DNA of 64,000 nt from Phoronis australis (lineage: Eukaryota; Animalia; Phoronida): contig NMRA01000404.1 in assembly GCA_002633005.1 (NCBI GenBank), forward strand, positions 271,394 to 335,393. Reading direction: 5' to 3'. Positions 15,201 to 26,900 of the stretch are shown here, piece after piece. Position numbers and translations under genes: made by a program. Under the pieces are notes generated by a model. That model worked only from the letters and a program-made list of their open reading frames with translations, made no database searches and was not told the DNA's origin. The number at the start of each line of letters is the position of its first letter. The first letter of the stretch is position 1.

Positions 15201-18200
15201 AAAGGACTGGTTGCTTTCATTGTGTTCATGCCAGTCATTTGTGAAAAACGTACAATAGTGAGAAGTTCCTCTCATTCAATTCAAATATTGAACATTCCAC
15301 ATTTATGCACTATTTCCTCCCATATTTCAACACTGCAGTGAAGTCAATCACTGGCGGCCATCTTGTTGGTGGGTTCTGCTGGGATCAAGAGGTTATGCCT
15401 GGTCTTGTCTTACTTATGTGTGAACTTATGTTATGTTGCCTAACTTTGACGACACTTACCTCGTTCAGTTTGTCCTCGTCGCAGTGTAGTATGAAAACTA
15501 ACATAAATTTTGGAATTTTATTTTTCTCAGAGATTTACCTGGGTAGATGAAATATTACTGAGTGGTTCCATAACTGTAAATTCTTTTTTCTCCGAGATTT
15601 ACCTCGGCAAACGTAATATAACCGAATGATTTTGTTCCTGCAAATTTCTTTTGATTGGAGATTTAACGTGGTCCTTGAACTAATGCCATAATTCTGCACA
15701 CACACGATATGACTAACATGTGCAGCTGTCAGTCAGTCTTTAAATGGGCAATGAACCTACCCATTGTATCAAAAATTGGCTTCAGATTCATGTCATATGC
15801 TGCTATAAAATTAGTCTCAAGTTGCTCCTGGCTCAGATTAGAAATAATTTTATTCTAGAGAAGAGCTCTCAGGTCATTATGTTGCATTTCACGGTGATTG
15901 TTTGGAATTCAGGACAATTTATTGTAATCAATTTCAATTCAAACAAAGGATAAGAATGCTGTGACATGGCTTTGGAATAGTGAGCATAGTTTACAGAGGT
16001 TTTAAAGATGTGAGACGCATTAATCAGTAATTTTTTGTGCGAAATAGTTGAAGAATTGCCATACTTCATGTAAATTTGACTCTTATCATCAGAACCTTGT
16101 GAAAACCAGCGTTCAATAGTTCAGAAGGTTACCCAAAATAGATAAACTTTTCAATATTGAATTTTCAAATCTCTTGTTATTGTCTTAGTGACGGGGGCGA
16201 GTTTTGTGGTGTTCAATGGAGCCCTGAAGGCCAGCACAGGTCTGTCAGCTAAGTCTAGCATTGTGGAGGATGGCTTGATGGTGCAGATCACTCCTGAGAC
16301 GATGACAGCGCTGAAACAGGCCATACACGAGATGAAAGACATGACAATAAACTGTGGTGCTATAGATGCAGTGCAACATGATGAGGCAGTGCAGGTCACA
16401 TGGACTGAGGATGATAAGAATGTGAACATAGGGTAGGTATCACATCTGAGGCAGTTAGACATTATATGTGATGTGTTGGTAGACATCACATGGACTGAGG
16501 ATGATAAGAATGTGAATATAGGATAGCTGTCACATCTGAGGCAGTTAGACATGATATTTGATGTGTCTGTTTAAGTCATATACAGTTAACTAAGCCAAGT
16601 TGAAGTGATCAGCTTCATAGTGAAATGGATCATTCACACAAGTGTACGGCCTGGTAAATGCCATCTCAGAAACAATCAATGAACTTTATTAAGAAACTCG
16701 GTACTACCATCTACAAGTAAGAATTCAAACTTGTATAGACATTTATTTTACATGAAAGCAAAGGTTTCTAAAAATCCCTGTGTGTCTTTAACATCTTACA
16801 CAGTTACTGAAGGAGTATATTTCTGACATTCTGCTCACAGTGTGCACAGTTACTGAAGGAGTATATTTCTGACATTCTGCTCACAGTGTGCACAGTTACT
16901 GAAGGAGTATATTTCTGACATTCTGCTCACAGTGTGCACAGTCCCATTGACAACAANGTTAGACATTATATGTGATGTGTTGGTAGACATCACATGAACT
17001 GAGGATGATAAGAATGTGAACATAGGGTAGGTATCACATTTGAGGCAGTTAGACATTATTTGTGATGTGTTGGTAGACATCACATGAACTGAGGATGATA
17101 AGAATATGAACATAGGGTAGGTATCACATCTGAGGCAGTTAGACATTATACGTGATGTGTTGGTAGACATCACATGGACTGAGGATGATAAGAATGTGAA
17201 TATAGGATAGCTATCACATCTGAGGCAGTTAGACATGTTATTTGATGTGTCTGTTTAAGTCATATACAGTTAACTAAGCCAATTTGAAGTGATCAGCTTC
17301 ATAATGAAATAGATCATTCACACAAGTGTATGGCCTGGTAAATGCGATTTCAGAAACAATCAATGAACTTTATTAAGAAACTCGTTACTGCCATCTACAT
17401 GTAAGAATTCAAACTTGCATAGACATGTATTTTACATGAAAGCAAAGGTTTCTAAAAATCCCTGTGTGTCTTTAACGTGTTGCACAGTTACTGAAGGAGT
17501 ATATTTCTGACATTCTGCTCACATTGTGCACAGTTACTGAAGGAGTATATTTCTGACATTCTGCTCACAGTGTGCACAGTTACTGAAGGAGTATATTTCT
17601 GACATTCTGCTCACATTGTGCACAGTTACTGAAGGAGTATATTTCTGACATTCTGCTCACATTGTGCACAGTTACTGAAGGAGTATATTTCTGACATTCT
17701 GCTCACAGTGTGCACAGTCCCATTGACAACAAGCTGATGGATGGCATTCCTAGCCTCAACATCCACAATGCTACAGACTTCATTGGTGAGAACCACACAA
17801 TACGATGGACGGAGGTGTTCTTCATCCGTAACCAAGACGACGGCCACCACGACCCCATTGACCTGAGTAGGTTGGCAGAGATGTTGGCATCGGCATGCTG
17901 TATCGCTCTGACCCCTCACTTGGACAAAATGAAGGAAGCGGGTTTAACAAAGATAGGACTAAGGTGCAATATAGACTCTGACTGTGTAAGTAATCACTTG
18001 GTTCATTCTAAGATGTTGTGCTTCTGTGAACAGCTGTATGTGGGTGAGCTAGCAGTGTCTCATGATCACATGTCATGTTGCTGTTAAACAGTGGAGAGGA
18101 GATTGTGCCACAAAGTTTGTCAGATATTTTAGAAAACTTCCTTCATTACTGCTCATCAGGTGAATTTTTCTTTTGTATTCATTTAAATACGTAATGCTTT

Positions 18201-18464
18201 TTATATTTTATTCAATGTTTTCAATTGACTTTAAACTTGAAGCAAATTTAAATGATAATTTCGAGTGTGAACTTGTTCAATTTCAGCAGACGTTTTTTAT
18301 TTTCCCTCCAGGTGGGGTATGAGGTGGGTTCATGTGGCGCCACCTTGCCACCGTACTACATGACAGACTTGGACAATGAGATGATCCCAGTCATTCACAA
18401 CGCTGCCTCACAAAGTCACACTGGCCCTGTCGTCTTAGAACTTATTTTCTACGTGATTGCATGA
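165..18464 (+). CDS. ZFYVE9: SARA / zinc finger FYVE domain-containing protein 9 (ZFYVE9/ZFYVE16 family), complete 17-exon gene
   Basis: Phase-consistent GT-AG exons: 165-222, 1521-3202, 3689-3926, 4651-4886, 5991-6090, 6695-6847, 7515-7673, 8496-8615, 11761-11799, 12085-12153, 12526-12690, 13340-13564, 13875-14062, 14666-14816, 16189-16432, 17709-17985, 18312-18464. Motifs: N-terminal [10 protein letters not shown]; FYVE ([29 protein letters not shown]); Smad-binding [14 protein letters not shown]; PP1-binding KSVIFSDG; C-terminal DUF3480-type region ([43 protein letters not shown]). Confidence 0.93.
730..1125. repeat. Minisatellite, ~58-bp unit, ~7 copies
   Basis: taggcagtaatgttcaatactgaggtggagttatgtgatatcttgtt... 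repeated. Confidence 0.9.
1521..3202 (+). CDS. ZFYVE9: ZFYVE9/SARA large Ser/Asp-rich disordered exon
   Basis: ttttcag acceptor in phase 1, open frame (564-aa ORF), donor CAG|gtattg. Confidence 0.88.
3689..3926 (+). CDS. ZFYVE9: ZFYVE9/SARA exon (EMLAEDP...QDDAP)
   Basis: Acceptor ttattag in phase 0, donor G|gtaagc; RRPNSL motif echoes KRPSSL in the previous exon. Confidence 0.8.
4349..4650. repeat. 19-bp x5 array followed by a 33-bp x5 acceptor-containing array
   Basis: catggcctttagtcgttca; then ttccctacagttgttcatactgttcacatggcc. Confidence 0.9.
4651..4886 (+). CDS. ZFYVE9: ZFYVE9/SARA FYVE domain, first half
   Basis: [33 protein letters not shown], donor gtaatg. The 5' boundary is ambiguous because in-frame AGs also end at 4500, 4533, 4566, 4599 and 4632. 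Confidence 0.9.
5738..5901. repeat. 38-bp minisatellite, ~4 copies
   Basis: gtttatgaattattttccacataactaaacttgatatt. Confidence 0.9.
5991..6090 (+). CDS. ZFYVE9: ZFYVE9/SARA FYVE domain, second half
   Basis: [31 protein letters not shown]; gacag acceptor, gtgagt donor. Confidence 0.92.
6695..6847 (+). CDS. ZFYVE9: ZFYVE9/SARA Smad-binding domain exon
   Basis: [20 protein letters not shown]...[14 protein letters not shown]. Confidence 0.92.
7515..7673 (+). CDS. ZFYVE9: ZFYVE9/SARA exon with PP1c-binding RVxF-type motif
   Basis: [16 protein letters not shown]; ttattcag acceptor, gtaagg donor. Confidence 0.88.
8496..8615 (+). CDS. ZFYVE9: ZFYVE9/SARA exon ([12 protein letters not shown])
   Basis: ttacag acceptor; donor at 8616 (gtgact) or 8622 (gtgagc), both phase 1. 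Confidence 0.75.
11761..11799 (+). CDS. ZFYVE9: ZFYVE9/SARA 39-nt micro-exon ([13 protein letters not shown])
   Basis: Strong polypyrimidine tract plus tag acceptor, gtaagg donor, phase 1-1. Confidence 0.7.
12085..12153 (+). CDS. ZFYVE9: ZFYVE9/SARA exon ([22 protein letters not shown])
   Basis: ttttcag acceptor, gtaagt donor; resembles SARA PLVFVLNANL. Confidence 0.88.
12526..12690 (+). CDS. ZFYVE9: ZFYVE9/SARA exon ([29 protein letters not shown])
   Basis: Family-conserved motif; ttgcag acceptor, gtgaga donor. Confidence 0.92.
13168..13327. repeat. 31-bp minisatellite x5 abutting an acceptor
   Basis: ttaaataacgtgtttctccccacattaaccc. Confidence 0.9.
13340..13564 (+). CDS. ZFYVE9: ZFYVE9/SARA exon (GFLY...[22 protein letters not shown])
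   Basis: Highly conserved motif; ccaccag acceptor, gtaagt donor. Confidence 0.93.
13875..14062 (+). CDS. ZFYVE9: ZFYVE9/SARA exon (YPCP...[16 protein letters not shown])
   Basis: Conserved motif; ttacag acceptor, gtactc donor. Confidence 0.93.
14666..14816 (+). CDS. ZFYVE9: ZFYVE9/SARA exon ([20 protein letters not shown])
   Basis: Conserved motif; cttcag acceptor, gtgagc donor. Confidence 0.93.
16189..16432 (+). CDS. ZFYVE9: ZFYVE9/SARA exon ([26 protein letters not shown])
   Basis: Conserved motif; cttag acceptor, gtaggt donor in phase 2. Confidence 0.93.
16397..17735. repeat. 90-bp donor-spanning and 46-bp acceptor-spanning arrays, present twice around a single N at 16957
   Basis: Direct inspection; the intron is duplicated with scattered substitutions. 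Confidence 0.85.
17709..17985 (+). CDS. ZFYVE9: ZFYVE9/SARA exon (VHSPID...IRWTEVF...ALTPHL)
   Basis: Conserved motif; ctcacag acceptor, gtaagt donor. Confidence 0.92.
18312..18464 (+). CDS. ZFYVE9: ZFYVE9/SARA terminal exon (VGYEVGS...LELIFYVIA*)
   Basis: ctccag acceptor, TGA stop; conserved C-terminus. Confidence 0.92.
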   Translation: MGYEVGSCGATLPPYYMTDLDNEMIPVIHNAASQSHTGPVVLELIFYVIA

Positions 18465-19005
18465 CACGCCACCTGGTGTCTGTTGGTCTGCTCAAACAAT
18501 GAACTATTTACTGCTGGAGGAGTGATTTCACACTATTTGTTCCCTTTACTACAAATATTAAAACAAAACATACAGTGGAAGTGTCCAATTAGTTGTATTT
18601 TCAGTAAAGTCTCACCAATTTAGGGCAATAACAGTTGCCGAAAATTACCTTTTTTCATTTTTCAAAGGCCTCTAACAGTGTTGTGAATACCATCATTTTT
18701 TCAAAATGTCAGATGACAGCTGTGTTGCCAAACTCATGCATATGGAGGAGCATTTAATTGGGTGCTACGTAATGTTTCAAGGAAAAATGATAAAGTAAAA
18801 TTTAGCTTATCAGCCATATTGTGTCCTAAATTGGTGACGTATTAGCATAATAGTTAGTCGCACATTATTTTGTCAACTGCAATGCTAAAAATGCAGCAAA
18901 ATCCCTTTCTTAAAAGAGTTTAATGTAAGGGAATTCTGTGTTATTTTTGTGCATGACAGTGAAGACTGATGTCGTGTTGTGGTAAAAGTCGGATATAAGA
19001 TGCCT

Positions 19006-19064
19006 GCATTTTGAGAACCAGTTTTCTCTACTGAACAATGAGCATCAAACTGGTTCTCAAAATG
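19006..19064. repeat. Short hairpin interspersed repeat; second copy at ~46201-46258
   Basis: attttgagaaccagttt...aaactggttctcaaaat stem-loop found twice, in opposite orientations. Confidence 0.7.
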
Positions 19065-21238
19065 TGGGCACGTTATATCCAACTATTGCCCTGTGGAATG
19101 TATCATGTGACTCGAGAGTGCTGTAGTACACGTCTGATGCAGGCATATTTTACAAAGTAAAGTTTGTCTTGTTTTGTTGCCAGACTTGGATACTATGACA
19201 TACATATCTATAAAATTTTCCAACTTTCTTTACTACAATGTGGCTGATGCTATTTCCATGGTATTTATTTTACATTTTTTGGAAAACAAAAATTATGCAG
19301 CAGTCTGAAGTGTGAAGCTTAAATTTGCATACGGAGCATAACATTGACATTGTATTAGTGGAAGTCAGTGAGGCCAGTGTGTGCCTTTTACTAGTCCCTG
19401 ATATGTTAATTTGAGATGTGTGGTAATCTATAATTTTGTAATCTAGGTGATGTCAGTGTAGCATCATGCTTACGTTGTCATGGCGACCTTTTATTGCGTC
19501 GTGTATTTTGCTGAGTTTGATTCGTTTGAAGCGTTTATCTGTGTGTCCTATGAACATTGTTGTTGCCGTGGCAATGTCACTCCCGTCACATTTTGTTTTG
19601 TTTATGTCTATGACTAATTTGATTGCAGGAGTCTGTCGACGACTGAGTTAAGCTGTCAACCAGAATTACAGCCTTGTGCAAATTGTCATTTGATGCCTAT
19701 CAACTATATGACATGTGTTTAATGATATTAAGATAGAGTCTGCTTGGATTGTGCTCTACGTTTCATCGTCTTTCCTACAGGTGTCGTTGTGGGTGGCCAT
19801 GTAACAGGTCTCTGTGCCAGATTACCAATACAGGTTGCAACAACTGGTGATTAAGACTAGCAGCTTGTTTGGGTTTACTGAACACTCGCTCTGTAGATGA
19901 ACATGCTGTCTGGAAAGCATTGTAAAGTTTATGTATTTGCCTGTTACAGAGCCTTCATTTGCCAGTGTAATAGTCGAACATTAAAATATTTTCCAGAATG
20001 TTCATCATCGTATACAAATTACAAATAATCCACTTGGTGATATTTACTGTTCTTTTTGTTGTCCTCCAATCTTGTGAAATAACTGAGCCTGAGTTTGGGT
20101 AGTGCTCAAAGAGTAGTCTTGCTGAAGTTAAAGCTTTCTTATAGTGGCGGGGGAACTTGTGCTGTAGAAAGGCCAGTCTAACAGTCTTGAAGTGGACTGA
20201 CAAGTCAGCTCAAATATTTGGTTATAGTCTTCTAATGCTGTAGTTCTAGTACTTTGCCACAAAATTGTCAAATATTGATAATTGGATACCAGTTGTGTTC
20301 TTTAAATTGCAAAAATTATATGTAAATTATTTAGAGTCAAATATTTTCAGATTGATTTTATAGTGAGATGCTTTCAAAATTCAGGATTTAACATATTAGT
20401 CAATTTTGAAAAATTGAATTGTGCGTGCAATATTTTATGTGATGTCAGTAGTAGTTATTAGATTCTACGACAGTGGAATACAAACAGTAATACACGTTTC
20501 ATATTTGGAAGGTTGAACATTCAACTCTAATTGGCCGGCTATGGACCATTACTTCTGTGTGAAATTAGTTGAATGTATACTGTTACGTCCACAGATACAG
20601 ACCGTCAGTATAGGGTAAATAAGAAAATGATCTATAATTCTACAAGTGCGAAATATTTTAAGTTCTTTTATTTTTTGCCAACAGCGAAAGTGGAGAACAG
20701 TTTGTCAGCGAAATTGGTTTCATCATGATCAGTTCTTGAATTAGTTATGTCTGTATAGTTACTTCTGATATATTTTGTTGCTTTCAAACCCAGACCAGCT
20801 TGCTTATCAATAATCAGGTAAAAAATGTAAATAAATATACATATATTGCGATAATTTTTAATTCTTTTTTGGTTTCTTTGTGGGCAGGCAATGACATGGT
20901 TTTATTGTTAACTGCCCAAGTGTGTTGTGCCATCTTAGTGGCAAGTTAAGGTTCCTGGTATGCCCCATGTACTAAATTTTTGATCACATTGTCGTTTAAG
21001 ACGGTAGTAAAGGATCCTGTGTTGAGTCACAATAAAGTTGCTTTTCTAGAAGGTATGGAGTGGCATGGACTAAAAATGTTATCCAAGTTCAAAGTTCATT
21101 TTTATCTGAGTCAGCATTAGGGTGTATACGGTACTTTGTACTCCACTGTTAGAGAGTCATGCACACCCGCCCCTCGCGATAATGGTTGACATGACTTTCT
21201 TATGACGGTTAGATACCTATCGTTTTTGTCACTACTAT

Positions 21239-21639
21239 CAGGAAGAGATAACCCGATCAGGTAGAACTGCGTTTCAAGTCACACCATAGGCACTTGACGG
21301 CTCGCGTCGTATGACGTCGTATGACGTAGGCGATACAAGCCTCATTTGCATATGTTAGTGACACCTGTTGGTTCAAAAAAGAGGATCATGCCCGAGTACA
21401 TGCCTGGGAAGAGGCATCTTTTGGAAGGGTAAAACATGTCGTGTTCAAAGCATCCCAGTGCCAGTAATATGCAGTCTTTGGGGACCAAAGTGGTGTCATT
21501 TTATAGCTAAAGAGTTAATCTTTCAAACATAATGCTTTGATTTCAGATAACTTGAACATTTACTTTTGAAATCATGTTTGAAGTCACGGGGAGCTAAAAT
21601 GCGCTAAAACAGTTGTCCCTTCCTGGTTATCTCTTCCTG
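21239..21639. mobile_element. Non-autonomous DNA transposon (MITE), P-superfamily-like
   Basis: Perfect 15-bp TIR caggaagagataacc/ggttatctcttcctg with a 7-bp TSD ctactat (21232-21238, 21640-21646). CA termini plus a 7-bp TSD are P-like (inference). Confidence 0.8.
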
Positions 21640-23599
21640 CTACTATTGACATGTTTCCCTGCTAGATCTGCAAGTGTTCTACTGGAGTTTTCTGATTAGC
21701 GTCCTATCTGCAAACATGCCTAGCGTATAAAAGGAAATTATACCAGAATACCCCTAGTGCGTGCATGTGGATTAAGAGCTTTCCATTGATAAACTAAGCT
21801 TTAGTTAAAAACCATAGTTTCCTGCAAAATAGAGTAACTTTAAAATTTTTCAACACAGACACAAGTTGTTATTTACAAGTTTTTTTTTTTAATTTTTTTA
21901 GCACACTGGCTCAAAGGAGCAACTATGATAAGAAACCACGCCTTGGCTTTTAGCAACGAGTTCACTATTGCTTTCAGTAATCAGGACTTGATTTAGATCG
22001 CTTGCAACAATAAAATCGGCCTTGTTTCGTTCCCTACAAGTGCTAAAAATGATATTATGCTGAGACGAATTATTGCCCAGTTCACACCGACGTTTTCACG
22101 GCGGGCTAGTGTCTGTTGTCTAGGCGACACTAAGTGGCCGCGGGGAATTACTACAGTAACTGTAACCAATTTCAGGTTAAAATTATAAAAACGCGATGAC
22201 GTCGCTTTGGAAGAGTAAATACCCCAATGGGGAAAGATAACTTGTTTTTTTATAATCATCCGTTTTTGCAACACCAGACATAACAGAGGGGCCGGTATGA
22301 CTTATTTTTTCACGGAGTTAAAATTGTGTTTCATACTGCTAATACAGATTAACGAAATAACATTCACTGATAAGATAAGCGCCTCCCAGCAGGCCCGTTT
22401 GGAATCTTCACTCCTTTGTTCGAGGCCCCTGTCTTACAACATAACAGTTTTTCGTCGAAGCGATTTTCACGCATTAGGCCAACAAAACTGTAACCAGAAT
22501 GCAAACTGCAAGCGTTGAGAAGTCTCTGATGTGTTCCTCTAAACACAGGGATACGACGCTTGCCGCTGAAATGAGTAAAAAATCACGTTCTGTTTCTCTA
22601 CGAAAAAGTACCTTTTCTGACAAAGTTTCCTACGAAGTTGTGGGTTTTCCGACGAAAGTCCTGAAAAAAAATTTACACGGGGAGGTCCAAATAATTAGGG
22701 TCCATTTTCTCCACTAGACCACGAAAGTAACTATTATGTTTATTTGTATAATATAGCTATTTCTTAATTGTCTCTCAAGTTTGTTTTACAAGTCATAATT
22801 GTGATAGCTGCACGCAAAGCCACAAGGTGGTGATTAACATATTAATTTACTTGATTGCTGGACAAAAATACGCAACCACTTGCTGCCGGCTTCGGTATTT
22901 GGGAATACTATTCAACCCAGAAAGTGAAGAGCGTGGTAATGTTGTTAAAACCCCCAGATGCTTGGTGTACAGCTAAACAGTAGTGAAATGTCCTTACAAA
23001 CTTAACAAAAACACGATCATGCTGCTAAAATAGCAAATACGGACACCGGCAAATAAATAATTCATAAATAATAAGTGCAATAAAAATAGGGCCTACTTAG
23101 CTGTTGTTATAACGCAACTGACACGTGCTGAAATAGATTGAAATCAATAGTCCTTCAAGCATAGCATTTAACCATGACTTTTGATTTAAGAAAAGTTAAA
23201 CATTTAAACTAGAAGTTAGAACCAGTGAAAGGACGGCGTTTTTCATGAATGCGGAAATGTTCTTCCTCTATAGCTCGATAGGCGTGGTGGGCCTCAACCA
23301 CCAAACGTGATTGTTAAATTCATCATTTTCCCCACTTGTGTATTTTTCACAATTTGTTTGAAATTGATGCCACTATGTCGCCTGGGAGTAATATACATGG
23401 TCCTAGGTTTTCACCGAGTAAAACATTTTCATTGTCCTTACACTCCACTATGAATGGTGTGATTTTACCTCCAGACACGTTGCACCATGACTGTTCTATG
23501 TATACTGTTTCTCCAATGGGGCTAAACATATTCTACACTTCCCCAGCTAATCACCTTGTTTATCGCTGTTTACATTTTTCAAAAAATCTTGTTTACCAT

Positions 23600-23845
23600 C
23601 ACGGCGATTTCAGGTAAACCGCTCTGTCCGATGAACCGCTGTAATTTCTTGTTTGCCTCAGGCAAACAGCACCTGATGACGTCACACAGTCCCGTACGCA
23701 CCTTCCGTGACTATTGGGGGTTGACTGTCAGTGTTGGCTCTGCGTGTCCCACGTTTGTACTGTAAATTTATTACCGTCAGTGTCGGTTTTCACGTGATAG
23801 TAGTTTCATGTCGCTGTTGAAGATGTTTCACTAATCGATACTAAA
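23600..23845 (+). promoter_or_regulatory. Putative promoter/5' UTR for EFCAB14 module A
   Basis: Locally CpG-rich, with a perfect CRE palindrome TGACGTCA at 23677-23684. Confidence 0.45.
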
Positions 23846-23988
23846 ATGGACGAGAAAGACGATCTTGCGTTCAAGCCCCACGAAAACGGATCTACTCAGC
23901 TGCTGCTGCAATCGGGCAGTGACAGCGATCAAGTGGAACAGTTTTCTCTGCCTGGCATATCCAAAGGCAAGAAGATTCGACACTCGAA
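23846..23988 (+). CDS. EFCAB14: EFCAB14 alternative first exon A1 (MDEKDDLAFKPHENGSTQLLLQSGSDSDQVEQFSLPGISKGKKIRHSK)
   Basis: aaaATGG start context, open frame, strong gtaagt donor in phase 2, CpG-rich surroundings. Confidence 0.7.
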
Positions 23989-26900
23989 GTAAGTAGTACT
24001 TTTATTTATTTCATAGTTTCTTGTCGTCAAGTAGAATTTGCTTGTATTCGAGTGATAATTGATTCAGACTCGAGTGAAATTTCCTTGACCAGTGGCTGTC
24101 CCATTTCCAGTCAATGCCCGACCATAGTACTTGAATTGTACCCTCAAACACAAGGGTCGACCAGCCTACCTGTTGTGCGCAGTATATCACAAGTCCGGGT
24201 CCGTCGTAGCTGTTGCATGTTATGCCTGACTGGTGAACCGTGAGAAAAACTTCCACATCACTTGAAATCGTTTAGCTTAATAACACTGTTCAGTTTGTTT
24301 TTTAGTTTTTAAATTTGAAACTTATTCAAAGTTGGGAACCCAAATTTGGGGAAAATGCAAGGTGAAACGGTGAAACTTTCAGATATCCATGACAGTGTTA
24401 ATATTAAAATATATATTGTCTGCACCATGTAAACAATTGTTTAATTATTTTATTATACACCTTTAAAAAGGTCTATAGATGACTATTACATTGGGACATC
24501 TTATTTCACCCAATGGTGAATGTTACATTGTGATAAATTAATTTTGCAATGTTCTTGAAAATCTGATCATGAAATAAAGAAAGTTAATCCTTCTGTTTTT
24601 TGGCAAAAATAAACTAATTCATTCTCATTTTATCTTATTTTGAAGATGGCAATTTTTGTTGCTCAATGTAACTATAAACTTGCCTTCCATTTTAAGAGTG
24701 ACTCCATATAAAAACCAACAGGTAGAGTCTATACCCAAAATCACCGATTTTTTTGAAACTTAGCACATGAGTTTGGTTTGTTGAGAAGTAGAAAAATCTC
24801 ACTTTTTAAGAATTTTCATTCATTATTTTTCTTTTTATGACCTGTACCTCCATTTTGCAACAAAATTGGGCGTCGAAGTAGGCATGTTTGAATGCATTTT
24901 ACTAGCATGTATGATACGGTCAAAACAAATAAATAATACCAATTGAAAGGGCAATGGCTGAATAATTTAATGGCATAACTTTCAAAATCCATTTTTAAAT
25001 TGATACGTTTTGAATTTGTGAGGCAAAAACGGCTATTTTTCAGGTTTTCACTGAAGCCATTTTCGGCCACATTTGGCACTCTGTAGCAGCCATAACGCAC
25101 CTTTCCTGAAATTGACTTTATAATAATTTGTTAAGTCATTCCTAACCTGTTCATAATCTAAAATAAAAAATCTTGCCTCTAATNNNNNNNNNNNNNNNNN
25201 NNNNNNNNNNNNNNNNNNNNNNNNNNNNNNNNNNNNNNNNNNNNNNNNNNNNNNNNNNNNNNNNNNNNNNNNNNNNNNNNNNNNNNNNNNNNNNNNNNNN
25301 NNNNNTTTTGTGATTTTTTGAAGAATAAACTTTAAAGGAACATGAAGGCCCATCGACACCGTCCGCCATTTTGTCTTTTTAAAATGCACTTGCTTGTCTC
25401 AAAACCAGTTATTACAAATATCAATTCTTACTCGTTTAATCTTAAAGGCATTTATTTCCATTCAAAAGTTCTACAGAGTGTTTAAATTAACGTGATTATG
25501 TAAAAGAAATGAAAGAATACGAGAGGGTTACATGAACATTTTTTATAAATCCTCAAGCTTTAAACCTCAACTGACTCCCTCAGTGGGCAAAGGTCATCGG
25601 GTTCAGTTTCGATACTAGCCGCGTAATAAACCCGGAAAACATCTTGTTTTCATTTGAAAGACTTTAGACTTGGTTTCTATAACTATTTAAAGCAGACTTC
25701 TTGCCTAAAAGTTTGTTCAAATGGTCTGTAAACTCTGCTCGTCATTTACAAACTATGAAAATAGACAGTTTTGCAAGACAATTTTCACTAAAGTGCAAAG
25801 TTGAGGCAAGATTTTTTATTGCTCAGTCATCAAGACTAACTCCTTAACTGTATGTTCAAAACGTCACATAAGGCTACAAGGTGTTTTATGGCAGTAAGAA
25901 GGTCACAAAAATGGCCACTAAAATTAGCCCCAAAAAGTGGTCTGTGGATTATCTCCCCTGTCTAGCACAAAACTGTTAGATTTTAATAAATGGCACAGAA
26001 TTATGCACAGTATACGTTGATTATTTCAGCCACCAAAATATAGCTTTTGATCTATTTTGTATGTTACTCATTTTTGTTGCTGAAAACATGCGATTTTTGA
26101 GACAGCTAATTTTCCCAATTGTGCCAATTTGTGTTATCATGCTCCAGCGGCGAAATTAGGGGTCATTGAGTGCACAAAATTTGGCATTTGAGTTTTTGTT
26201 AGGATACCTACCCATGTACAAAAAATGAAGTTGTTTTAAATTTTGACGTATAGACTGATTTTTGAAAATCTACTGGTTTTTATATGGACTGCCTCTTAAA
26301 AGCCAACATTTGGCTTGAGTCACGTTTGAAGTTGGCCTCAACATGCACCTCAGTCAAATTGGCTTCGTGCCAAGCGTGACCTCAACAAACCCAAAAATCC
26401 TTCTCATCAGGGTGGCAAACTGCTTTAAAAATCCTTTCAGAACATGTTTCACATTTTTTTACTTTGCTTTCTATGATCCGAAAATTTGATTTTGCACTTT
26501 GTAGGAAGGCTGATTACAGTCGACTAGTGGACACGGGATACAAGACTAGTAAATCATGTTGTACCCTGGGAAGATTTGTGCTGGTCTTGTTGTTTGCCAT
26601 CATTTTCCTGTGTCTGGCCGGAGTAGTCCTCCTGTATTACAGTCTATTGGTGGAGATGAATGGACTCAAGCTGAAGATGGACAACTTGAACTCAGATATT
26701 CACTTGGGTAAACATGGTATGTTCTCATCAGAGGCTTCTTCACACCTCCTCTAACTACATGGGTTGTCATTATTTTCAGTTACTATGGTATTTATCCAAT
26801 TATTTCACGCAGAAATAACTGTCAAAATGATCATTTTCCCATTTATCTTTGGTTGGTTAACTTTTTGGAAATTATGGAAACTTGAGCAAATGTTGTTTTA

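Noticed and set aside
16850-17236. 128-aa minus-strand ORF / tandem exon duplication
   Set aside because: Product of the 90-bp repeat and the N join; only exon fragments are copied.
21990-22720. CpG-rich intergenic block with short ORFs
   Set aside because: No identifiable protein motif or element termini; may be a TE fragment but cannot be called.
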